Below are positions 1-10,916 of a stretch of DNA of 64,000 nucleotides, in pieces. Made by a program: the position numbers and the translations under genes. The stretch comes from Octopus vulgaris (Eukaryota). The stretch lies in assembly GCA_951406725.2 (NCBI GenBank), contig OX597816.1, forward strand, positions 172,050,001 to 172,114,000. Reading direction: 5' to 3'. The notes beneath the pieces are model-generated. The model made no database searches and was not told the origin of the DNA. It saw only the letters and a program-made list of their open reading frames with translations. Positions within the stretch are counted from its first letter, which is position 1. Each line of letters begins with the position of its first letter.

Positions 1-362
1 TAATTGCTTTCAAAATATTGTAAAAAGTCAAATCCAATGTTGATATGTTTAAGCGTTGAAGTTGCTTAAATGAATTTAAAAACAGGGTTTATAATAATCT
101 TGTTTATTCCCAGGTTTACTTAGGCCAAGCTAACTTATGACCAAAGTCATTCTGTAAGTCACCATCCTGTCAGTTTTAGCAATTGTCTATGAACCATTTT
201 ATTCATTGTTCCTTCTTTTTGAAGATGGTAAGCTATGAGTCAATGGAGATCTGATTGCTATTTCTAACAAGTGAACAATACTACAAAGGTTTATGTCTTT
301 GATTGCATTGATGATGATGATGATGATGATGACTGATAAGGTTTAAAGGAATATATATTGTA

Positions 363-760
363 CTAGCAGTATCGCCCGGCGTTGCTCGGGTTTGTAAGGG
401 AAATAACTACATAAGCATTTTTAAAGAGTTATAGCCAAAAAATAGCAAAAAAATGCATTAAAAATGGAAAAAAAATGATGGTAATTTTTTTTTAAATCGT
501 TGACTCATCGTAAACATTTTTAGAGAGTTATTCCCTTATATAATAGCGAAAAAAATGCATTAAAATGGAGAAAAAATGATGGTAAATTTTTTTTTAAATC
601 GTAGACTCATCATAGACATGCGCTAATACCCAGAATGGCTCGATATGAATCACGACTATAAGATACCCGGTTTTGGTTAAACTGCACCGCAAAATGTGGG
701 AGTAGTTAAGAATCTAAATCGTAGGAGACAGACACACAACCTCTCTTTTATATATAAAGA
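363..760 (-). mobile_element. Non-autonomous Helitron
   Basis: On minus: 5'-TC start, subterminal hairpin cccgagcaacgccggg, 3'-CTAG end, inserted between A and T; 5 copies in window. Confidence 0.85.
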
Positions 761-1260
761 TTAAAAGAAGAGTTAATGTGAAGTTATTTCAATATTTAAA
801 AGCTCTCATAAGTATTGTGATAGGTAAATTAAGAGTCGTAATTAATTATCTCATTGTTAGCAAATTCCTCTTAGTGGGGGTAATGCTAGTTTAATCACAT
901 TTAATTTCTGTAGATTTATTTGTAACTCTGCAGGTTAAATGGGACCCACAAGTATAATTGATGGCTAGACATTTATAGGAGAACAAATGTTATGGTGACC
1001 ACATTGTGCTACTTTCTTTTGTCATATTTATTACCAAGATAAATATTTTATGTTATGTTGAAGTAGTGACTTCATTCATTTCTGTTTTGTCTCAACTTGG
1101 GTTGATTAATTGCCAATGATTCCCACACATATGCATTCATGATGTACTTTGTCAAATTTTCTTTCAATATCTCAATAGTTTTCTTTTTTTTTTTTGATGA
1201 ACTGTTTGTGTTTCTAATAAATATAGTAAATGTGCTGACATAAGTAAATAAATATAGTAA

Positions 1261-1690
1261 AGGCACAGGAGTGGCTGTGTGGTAAGTAGCTTGTTTACCA
1301 ACCACATGGTTCCGGGTTCTGTCCCACTGCACGGCACCTTGGGCAAGTGTCTTCTACTATAGCCTCGGGCTGACCAAAGCCTTGTGAGTGGATTTGGTAG
1401 ACGGAAACTGAAAGAAGCCCGTCGTATATATGTATATATATGTGTGTGTGTGTGTGTTTGTGTGTCTGTGTTTGTCTCCCTAGCATTGCTTGACAATCGA
1501 TGCTGGTGTGTTTATGTCCCCGTTACTTAGCGGTTCGGCAAAAAGAGACCGATAGAATAAGTACTGGGCTTACAAAAGAATAAGTCCCGGGGTCGAGTTG
1601 TTCGATTAAAGGCGGTGCTCCAGCATGGCCACAGTCAAATGACTGAAACAAGTAAAAGAGTAAAAAGAGTAAAAAGAGAGAAAGAGAGAG
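1261..1690 (+). mobile_element. tRNA-derived SINE family A (CORE-like, ~400 bp)
   Basis: A-box tggctgtgtgg, B-box-like ggttctgtcc, CORE-like ggcaccttgggcaagt, internal (TA)n(TG)n, (taaaagag)n tail; ~15 near-identical copies. Confidence 0.85.
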
Positions 1691-2002
1691 TATTGTGACA
1701 AATATGAATGTTAATCATTTCTAAGACACGGGCAGAAGGTCTGCAGCGACTGAAGAGAAATGTGTTAGACATATGTTAGATGTACAAAACTAATGAGCAA
1801 TTAGGCCGAGAAAGCAGCTGGAGATATTAAATCCATCATTCAATGCAAAAGGGATGACGGCATTGGTGTAGACTTGTGATATTAAGGTGACTGGTTCCAT
1901 GATTTACAAGGGAATTAAATATATATTACAGTTATTGCCCTTTACACAACATTGCCTTCCCTTATCTGGATGGGACTTTATTTTTGGACCCGAGTGAACT
2001 GC

Positions 2003-2381
2003 TTACTCTTTTACTTGTTTCAGTCATTTGACTGCACCCATGCTGGAGCACCGCCTTTAATCGAGCAACTCGACCCCGGGACTTATTCTTTTGTAAGCCC
2101 AGTACTTATTCTATCGGTCTCTTTTTGCCGAACCACTAGGTAACGGGGACATAAGAACACCAGCATCGGTTGTCAAGCAATGCTAGGGGGACAAACACGG
2201 ACATACACACACACATATATATATATACGACGGGCTTCTTTTAGTTTCCGTCTACCAAATCCACTCCAAGGCATTGGTCAGCCCGAGGCTAAAGTAGAAG
2301 ACACTTGCCCAAGATGCCACGCAGTGGGACTGAACCCGGAACCATGTGGTTGGTAAACAAGCTACTTACCACACAGCCACT
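2003..2381 (-). mobile_element. SINE family A
   Basis: Reverse complement of 1261-1690. Confidence 0.85.
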
Positions 2382-2857
2382 CGAAGCAGTTCCCAACAGA
2401 CTGGCTTTCCTGCACCTGGGAGATTTTGTTCACTTTTTCCAATGGATCTGTCTGTTCATAGACATTGATACTGGAAAATGCACACCCTTAATACCAAATA
2501 AATTTTCACTGAGCAGTTCTCTTCTGCAATATGGTAAGTCTGGTGGTGATGGAGAGTCTGGCAACAGGAGCAGGCCTGAATGTACTGAAAGCTTCTAGTA
2601 AGAACTCTACAAACCAGCAGTATGGGGTAGATGTCATTTCTGGCTGAGATTGAGTGATATGTTAATCATTATGCCCTAATACATCATTCAAACACTGACC
2701 TGATAGTTACCAATTTCTGAGCTTAGATTTATTGCTCTAGAATAGGCAGTGAATTAACAAACAAAATACACACACACACACAATAAAGTATATATCTTTA
2801 TATATATTAAATAATAAGAAAAACATGGCCATTAATATTAATGAAGTGACCTTAATA

Positions 2858-3275
2858 GGCGCAGGAGTGGCTGTGTGGTAAGTAGCTTGCTAACCAACCA
2901 CATGGTTCTGGGTTCAGTCCCACTGCGTGGCATCTCGGGCAAGTGTCTTCTGCTATAGCCCCGGGCCGACCAATGCCTTGTGAGTGGATTTGGTAGACGG
3001 AAACTGAAAGAAGCCTGTCGTATATATGTATATATATATATATTTATATGTGTGTGTGTTTGTGTGTCTGTGTTTGTCTCTCTAGCATTGCTTGACAACC
3101 GATGCTGGTGTGTTTACGTCCCCGTCACTTAGCGGTTCGGCAAGAAGAGACCGATAGAATAAGTACTGAGCTTACAAAGAATAAGTCCCGGGGTCGAGTT
3201 GCTCGATTAAAGGTGGTGCTCCAGCATGGCCGCAGTCAAATGACTGAAACAAGTAAAAGAGAGATAAAAGAGAGA
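2858..3275 (+). mobile_element. SINE family A
   Basis: Full-length copy. Confidence 0.85.
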
Positions 3276-3708
3276 TATAGCAACAGAAGTATCCATGGAA
3301 TGAAGTAGATGAACTTTCTCAGATGGATCGTTTGTTTCTGTTACTTAATTAGTGCTAATGGTCTTCTGTTATAATTCTGTGCCCTTGTTTCTCTGCTTGT
3401 TCCAATGAAACTATGGTACAATCTGAAAATTGTTTTTTTAAAGTCAGTTCACTGCTTCTTTAACCCTTTAGCATTCAGATTACTCTGTCAAATGTAAAGC
3501 CTGTTTAATTAATATTTTAAATTAATTGTACAGCATCTTGTAACTCTGGGATTTTGATGATGTCCCTGTTTATTTTTAGAATGACTTTGTAGGGTAGGTG
3601 TGAGAGGTCAGAGCTGGCTCGTTTTAAAAATAGAACAGGAAGACAATTTTGACCTGATATGGGCCGGTTTAAACACTAAAGGGTTATTCACCTTTTCAAC
3701 CTAGCATG

Positions 3709-4106
3709 CTCTTTACTTGTTTCAGTCATTTGACTGCGGCCATGCTGGAGCACCGCCTTTAGTCGAGCAACTCGACCCCGAGACTTATTCTTTTTGTAAG
3801 CCCAGTACTTATTCTATCGGTCTCTTTTTGCGGAACCGCTAAGTGACGGGGACGTAAACACACCAGCATCGGTTGTCAAGCAATGCTAGGGGAACAAACA
3901 CAGACACACAAACACACACACATACATATATATATATATTTATATATACATATATACGACAGGCTTCTTTCAGTTTCCGTCAACCAAATCCACGCACAAG
4001 GCATTGGTCGACCCGGGGCTATAGCAGAAGACACTTGCCCAAGATGCCACGCAGTGGGACTGAACCCGGTTAGCAAGCTACTTACCACACAGCCACTCCT
4101 GCACCT
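3709..4106 (-). mobile_element. SINE family A
   Basis: Copy with small deletion in tRNA head. Confidence 0.85.
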
Positions 4107-4279
4107 AGCATATTTACATTTTTAGATAAATATGTAGAATATGTATGTACAGTAGTTTCAATTTACCAGACTCTAATTCACATCAAAGCTGAACCAATTT
4201 TAAAAGGAAAATTTTGGTCAATACATATCTTCATTTCTACACACACACACATACCATATAGTTATTATCGCTCTATGAT

Positions 4280-4324
<45 letters not shown>

Positions 4325-5128
4325 CTCTCTCTCTTTCGGAGAGGCACTGAGCAGCTATATGCACACATACACACACGGCAGTAACTTCCGCCTACCGAAT
4401 TCAATCACAAAGCTCCGGTCGGCTCGAGGCTATAGTGGAAGACACCTACCCAAAGTGCCACGCAGTGGGACTGAACCCGAAACCATGTAGCTAGGAAGCA
4501 AGCTCCCTAACCACACAGCCATGCCCACGCCTATAACCCATATATATATATGGGATTTCGTTATTTTCTTTCTTTTTTGCCATATACAGGTTACAAATTC
4601 TGTTTGTTTGTGGAGACTTTTTATTAGTAGGAGAAACAGTGATCAATTTGGCTGCTATTTCTAATATTTTCGGTGTGTGGTTTTGAGCAACTTGTTGCAA
4701 TTAACCCTTTATTATAATTATTATAATCCTTACCAAATATGGTCTTTTCCATACCGATAAATATACTAGGTGAAATTTATTAATTTTATTAAATTAATTA
4801 TATTCCACCCTTTTTTGCATATATATATATATATATATATATAAAGCCACATGGTTGGGGTTCAGTACCATTGTGTAGTTTGTTAAAAGGTTTTCTACTA
4901 TATCTGTAGGGCAACCAATATAAGTGAATCAGAGAGAAACTTCTGGAAACTCATCATACACTTTTTGACAGCTACAAAAGGTAATTTGTTAATAATAATA
5001 ATAAAAACATTGTGTACAGTGCTCAGTTATTTCACTCATACAAACAGATGTTTTTATAAAAAATGCAAATATTTAAATTCTGGTTAGTGTTGCTGTGACT
5101 AGCAAATATTTAAGTCATAGTGATATAA

Positions 5129-5558
5129 GGATCTTTTCAGTTTGAACAGCAGTTTTTTCTAGCGGTGTCATATGAAATTGTCACCCATAATTATGACCCT
5201 AGTATCGATCTATTGCATTTCAATCTGTTTTAGGGTTAGGGTTAGTTAGGGATAGGGGTGGGGGGAAGTGTATCTTTTTTTCTTCACAAATGTAAATAAA
5301 CCCAATCTGTTTCTTAAAGGAGGGACATATTCATACGGCACAGAATGTTTTTTTTACCTCAATAGACGTATTTAATTGGTTAAAATTGCAGAAATTGAAG
5401 AAAAAAAAACAACAAATATCTTACAAACTATAGAATTTTCTCAATAAAGCCAAGAGAAAAAGATGTTTTATAAACACATTCTACCAGTATACGAAGCTTA
5501 AAATTTTTTAGTTACCTACAAATTATGTTAAAAACTGCCGTTCAAACCGAAAAGATCC
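5129..5558. mobile_element. MITE with GG-starting TIRs and 8-bp TSD (Merlin-like)
   Basis: TIR ggatcttttcagtttgaacagcagtttt / aaaactgccgttcaaaccgaaaagatcc; TSD tgatataa at 5121-5128 and 5559-5566. Confidence 0.8.
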
Positions 5559-5684
5559 TGATATAATGAATTACTGCCAGCAGTATTCAAAAATTCTTAT
5601 ACCTGCTTTTGTGAAAAGTATAATCAAATAAGTCTTCAATAAAAAAAAAAAACTGAAAATATTGACTTAATATAACTCACTGAT

Positions 5685-6168
5685 TTAAAATCAAATCAAA
5701 ATCAAACCAAATCAAATCAGATATCAGAAAGCAGAACCAAAATCGAAGTCGATCAACATCAATGGAAATTGCAGCTGTGATACCAGTGCCGGCGACAAGT
5801 AAGCGAACCATCCGATCGTGGCCGTTGCCAGCGCCGCCCCAACTGGCCTCTGTGCCGGTGGCAAGTAAAAAGCACCATCCGTTCGTGGCCGTTGCCAGCC
5901 TTGCTTGGCCCCCGTGCCGGTGGCACATAAAAAGCATCATCCGTCCTTGGCCGTTTGCCAGCTCCGTCTGGCACCTGTGCAGGTGGCACGTAAAAAGCAC
6001 CCACTACACTCACGGAGTGGTTGGCGTTAGGAAGGGCATCCAGCCGTAGAAACACTGCCAGATCTGACTGGACCTGATGCAGCCTTCTGGCTTCACAGAC
6101 CCCAGTTGAACCGTCCAACCCATGCTAGCATGGAAAGCGGACGCTAAATGATGATGATGATGATGATG
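5685..6168 (+). mobile_element. Retroposon family B (SINE-like; internal 60-67 bp tandem units; ggacgttaaac(gat)n tail)
   Basis: Variable number of gccag..ctggc / gtgcc-ggt-ggcac-aaaaagcacc units, then conserved ggttggcgttaggaagggcatccagc body and (GAT)n tail; >12 copies. Confidence 0.8.
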
Positions 6169-6605
6169 AATTGTGAAAAGAAAGTTGTCAGAAGATAAAA
6201 AAAAGAATACAAGGTAGACATTATAAGAATAAATGTTCCTTTAAGTTTTTATTAATCTTTATTTAAAAAAAAGGTTTTGTGCATAATGGTATATTCTATT
6301 ATGTGTGCATTGATACATGCATACATGCACACACACACATCTATACAGACTCAAACTTACACACTTTATACATACAAATATATGTATATATATGTGTGTG
6401 TGTGCATGTGTGTGTTTGTAAGTGTTGTGGGCGCAGAACTCATAATGGAAGGCAACATGGAAGCCAGTTTTCTAATTAAACATTTTGCATAACCATATCA
6501 TTTCAGATATGGCATGGGAAAAATTAAATTTCCGTACAAGAACAAATGTTGTCAACAGTGTGAAATGTGCTTCCACTGGTAGCAGTGTGAGCTCTCTCTC
6601 ACTCA

Positions 6606-6639
<34 letters not shown>

Positions 6640-6718
6640 TTGTATATGTATATATACACACTTACATATGTGTGTGTGTGTGTATGTATGTGTGTGTATG
6701 TATGTGTGTGTGTGTGTG

Positions 6719-6767
<49 letters not shown>

Positions 6768-6771
<4 letters not shown>

Positions 6772-7002
6772 GCTTTATTTAAAGCAGCAGAAAATTCAAC
6801 AAAACCTTTTACTCTGAGTTTCCCGTTGCCGTTCATCGGACAGTTTTTGCTAGAAAAAACTGTCCGATGAACGGCAACGTGAAACTCAGAGTAAAAGGTT
6901 TTGTTGAATTTTCTGCTGCTTTTAAATAAAGCATATTACTCTACCACTGGTATATGAGTACTCTTTTTTCCACCTTATTTCACATTTATGTGTTTACTCT
7001 GG
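6768..7002. mobile_element. (TA)n-flanked foldback insert with hammerhead-like motif on both arms (Penelope-like pLTR footprint)
   Basis: ~80-bp arms 6768-6848 / 6855-6936 plus unique tail; second copy at 17350-17579. Confidence 0.7.
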
Positions 7003-7278
7003 TATATATACATATATACACACACATGCATATAGGTAGGTAGGTAGGTAGATAGATATACAAATATGAGCAGTAAATTTGGAAGCAAGTCAGACAAAAC
7101 CAATTTATGTACACAGACACAATATATAATAACATTCAGAAATGGGAAGTGGATGAAATCTCATTTATGGAATTAAGATTTCAAGAATTAAAAATAATTG
7201 GATGGTTATATATATATATATATATATACTTTTTTTTCTTTTTCAGTCACAATTTAATTTATTTTCTTTGATATCACT

Positions 7279-7509
7279 TCAACTGGTTGGGACTTTCCAT
7301 TTCTCGACATCTTCTCGTCGGGCATCAGGGACAAGTTGATTTCGCATTCCTCCAAGAACATTCGAAGTAGCTTCAGAAGCTAAGATAATTGGTTGCACCA
7401 TCGTTGGTGGTATCTGCCTAATGACACCACCAACAGCACCAGTCATTCCTTTGTGTTCATGTTCTTCTGTGGCAGCACGGACAATACTTTCAGCTGTTTC
7501 GGAAAACCC
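7279..7509 (-). CDS. ATG2: ATG2 terminal coding exon (ATG_C domain) with TGA stop
   Basis: cag|GGG; GFSETAESIVRAATEEHEHKGMTGAVGGVIRQIPPTMVQPIILASEATSNVLGGMRNQLVPDARREDVEKWKVPTS*. Confidence 0.97.
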   Translation of the reverse strand, partial: GFSETAESIVRAATEEHEHKGMTGAVGGVIRQIPPTMVQPIILASEATSNVLGGMRNQLVPDARREDVEKWKVPTS

Positions 7510-7571
7510 CTGATAAAAAAATCAATATTAATCTGTTAGCAATAAGTAATCAATCAATCAATAATGATATA

Positions 7572-7925
7572 ACCACCGCTGTTCAGTCCTAGGAAGCATC
7601 GACGCCTCCTGCCGGCTTCGACACATTATTTTTCCTGTGTCCTTATATATTTACGAAGGAGGGACAAACACCCCCAGAAGCCAGGCCTGCATCTAGAGAC
7701 ACGCATGTTTCAGGATCTTTGTCCATCATCAGTCTAGAGTATATATAAGGACACAGGAAAAAAAAATGTGTCGAAGCCGGCAGGAAGCGTCGATGCTTCC
7801 TAGGGCTAAACATCGGTGGTGTACCCCCACTACTGTCACGTTCACGTTAGATTGACAGTATACAACCGTTCTATCGCCCCACCACCGTACATATCTCTAT
7901 GAGATATTTAGAAATTTAATATTTC
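7572..7925. mobile_element. Foldback insert with central hammerhead
   Basis: Arms ~7572-7650 / ~7741-7820; the 3' tail boundary is uncertain. Confidence 0.65.
7692..7738 (-). ncRNA. Predicted type I minimal hammerhead ribozyme
   Basis: ucuaga-CUGAUGA-uggacaaagauccu-GAAA-caugcgu-GUC-ucuaga: 6-bp stem I, gga/ucc stem II, short stem III, GUC site; folded by eye. Confidence 0.7.
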
Positions 7926-8534
7926 CAATAATAATAATAATTCCTTTTATTATAAGCACAAGGCGTGAAATATTTGGGGAGGGGGCTAGTCAATTATACC
8001 AACACCAGTATTCAACTGGTACTTGGATGAAAGGCAAAGTCAGTCTCAGCAGAATTTGAACACAGAGCATGAAGACAGATGAAATGCTTAGCAGCATTTG
8101 GCATGGTTATTATAGTAATAATAATGCTGGCTTCAAATTTTGGCACAAGGCCAGCAATTTTAGAGGTGGGGGTGGGGATAAGTCAATTACATTGACCTCA
8201 ATGTTCAACTGGTACATATTTTATTGACCATGAAAGGTAGTTGACAAAAGATTGGCACAAGGCCAGCAATTTTAGAGGGTGGGAGTTGGGGAGTAAGTCA
8301 GTTACATTGACCCCCCAGTGCTTAACTGGGACTTAGTATAATGATGATAATAAAGGTTTCAAATTTTGGCACAAAGCTAGGTAATAATAACACTGGTTAT
8401 AAGTGCTACCAGTTTCAAATATATTTGAGACATATTTGAACCAGTAAGAAGACTTTCACTGCAGTTTGTCATAAAGAAATATGCTTGCTGTAGACAAAAA
8501 GGGTGAAAACACACCGTGGTCAGTTTGAAGTTCC

Positions 8535-9485
8535 CTAGGCAGACAAACCACAAATCACTTCAGATAGATGGTCCTGCTCGATATGTAGGAAAGATGTAGG
8601 TAGAAACTCCATAAGGTGTACCTGGTGTAAGCTATGGACACATAAGCGCAGGAGTGGCTGTGTGGTAAGTACCTTGCTAACCAACCACATGGTTCCAGGT
8701 TCAGTCCCACTGCGTGGCATCTTGGGCAAGTGTCTTCTGCTATAGCCCCGGGCCAACGAATGCCTTGTGAGTGGATTTGGTAGACGGAAACTGAAAGAAG
8801 CCTGTCGTATATATGTATATATATATATGTGTGTGTGTTGTGTTTGTGTGTGTGTGTTTGTCCCCCTAGCATTGCTTGACAACCGATGCTGGTGTGTTTA
8901 CGTCCCCGTCACATAGCGGTTCGGCAAAAGAGACCGATAGAATAAGTACTGGGCTTACAAAGAATAAGTCCCGGGGTCGATTTGCTCGACTAAAGGCGGT
9001 GCTCCAGCATGGCCGCAATCAAATGACTGAAACAAGTAAAAGAGTATAAGAGGTGTAGAAATATCAGAAGAAGGTTAACAGGGAAAATGGCTTTTGTGTG
9101 TGGAAGATGCACAGGTACAGTAAACACTAAAAATGTACAGAAAATAGACTCCATCAACTGCCAGCAGGGTGAGCTAGAGGTAGTAGTTAGCTTCCGTTAC
9201 CTAGGTGACCAAATTAGTAGTGAAGGTGGATGCTTCAAGTGTGTGGCTGTGAGAATAAGATTAGGCTGGGCAAAGTTCAAAGAGCTCCAACCTCTGCTGG
9301 CAACAAAGGGCCTCTCCTTCAGAGTGAAAAGCAGATTGTATGATGCCTGTGTGCAAACAGCTGTGACAGCTAAGGACGTAGGGTTGAAAGAAATCAGAGA
9401 AAAGTTGGGCATAAGAGGCATTGGATGTGGTGTGCAACGGAGATGACTGCATTGGTATGGTCATGTGATGCGTATGAACGAGGAT
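8535..9485 (+). mobile_element. RTE-clade LINE ORF remnant with PHD-like finger
   Basis: WSCSICRKDVGRNSIRCTWCKLWTHK|RC...FVCGRC, then FRYLGD...RIRLGWAKFKELQPLL...RLYDACV...LHWYGHVMRM. Confidence 0.85.
8645..9044 (+). mobile_element. SINE family A inserted in an RTE LINE remnant
   Basis: Flanked by ataag repeat; LINE frame continues across it (WTHK|RC). Confidence 0.85.
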
Positions 9486-9624
9486 ATATTGATTATTCAC
9501 TTTTATACTTTTTAAGATCTAGTTACCTATATGTTTTATAAAAATATATTTTATTTGTTATTTATGCTTTGGTTTTTGTCTATCACTGTTTGTGTAGCAT
9601 AATAGTGGTTTTATCTCTAATAAT

Positions 9625-10181
9625 TGAACCAGCCAGGATCCCTGGTCTGATGGTACGTAAAAAGCACTATCCGACTCGTGGCCGTGGCACGTAAAATACT
9701 CCAATGCGACCGTACGACAGGCACCCTTGCCAACCCCCTTTGCTTGTGAAGACATGTTGGGGCAAGCGAAATCGAAATCGAATTGAACCAGCCAGGATCC
9801 CTGGTCTGGTGGTACGTAAAAAGCACTATCCGACTCTCGTACGACAGGCACCCTTGCCAACCCCTGCCAGCACCGCCGAAATCGAAATCGATGAACCAGC
9901 CAGGATCCCTGGCTGGTCCACTATCCGACTCGTGCCGGTGGCACATAAAATACACCAATCTGACCGTGGCCGTTGCCAGCCCCGCCTGGCACCTGTGCAG
10001 GTGGCACGTAAAAAGCACCCACTACACTCACGGAGTGGTTGGCGTTAGGAAGGGCATCCAGCTGTAGAAACATTGCCAAATTTAGACTGGAGCCTGGTGC
10101 AGCCTTCTGGCTTCCCAGAACCCCGGTCGAACCGTCCAACCCATGCTAGCATGGAGAACGGACGTTAAACGACGATGATGA
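9625..10181 (+). mobile_element. Retroposon family B with duplicated 5' modules
   Basis: tgaaccagccaggatccctgg module three times, then family B body and tail. Confidence 0.75.
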
Positions 10182-10628
10182 TATTATATATATCATCATC
10201 ATCGTATATGTATATATATATATATATAAAATAATAATAATAAATATTAGGGAATAAATCCAAATTTACAGGGAAAAATCAGATTTAGGATTGAATCCAA
10301 TTTTATAGTAAAATATTATATAATATTAATTAGAGACAAAACCACTATTATGCAAATCAAACAAAGAAAGACTTAATCCAATACATAAAAAATTTTATAT
10401 AAATTGAAACAAAACCACTATTATGGTTTTGTCTCTAATTAATATTATATATATATATAATAATAATATTAATTTAAATATTTTAATTTGGAATTTTATA
10501 TTTTATATTTTTTATATATTTTATTAATTAATTTTATTTCTATGTATTGGCTTATGATTTTCACTGTTTGATTTGCCTAATAGTGGTTTTATCTCTAATT
10601 TAATATAATATATATATATATATATATG

Positions 10629-10666
<38 letters not shown>

Positions 10667-10769
10667 TATATATATATACAAATATATATATCCATTCGCC
10701 ATAGATGCACATAGATTGTTGTTTAAAACGTAGCTACTAAACATCAACAAAGAGTTTATCACGACTTAC

Positions 10770-10916
10770 CTGACGCAATACAATATAGGCATTGGTCATT
10801 CCTTCACGTAAATCATTTGGTTGCTTGGAGCGTTTTTGAATTCTGTTCTTTTTCCGTGACGTACTGCAAACACTTGGCCCCGGAGACACCATATCATAAG
10901 TCAACATAGCAAGGTA
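10770..10916 (-). CDS. ATG2: ATG2 coding exon
   Basis: cag|TAC...CAG|gtaagt; YLAMLTYDMVSPGP...QPNDLREGMTNAYIVLRQ, like ATG2 YDMVSPG...QP.DLREG...AY. Confidence 0.95.

Noticed and set aside
933-956. Possible terminal exon of a convergent plus-strand gene (ctgcag|GTTAAATGGGACCCACAAGTATAA, VKWDPQV*)
   Set aside because: Too short, with no homology and no upstream exon in the window
1261-1335. tRNA-like sequences at SINE heads (also 16903, 31525, 35220)
   Set aside because: A/B boxes are present but there is no complete cloverleaf or acceptor stem, and they continue into SINE bodies
5230-5256. TTAGGG repeats as a telomere or fusion scar
   Set aside because: Only ~3-4 degenerate units, lying inside a TIR/TSD-bounded MITE
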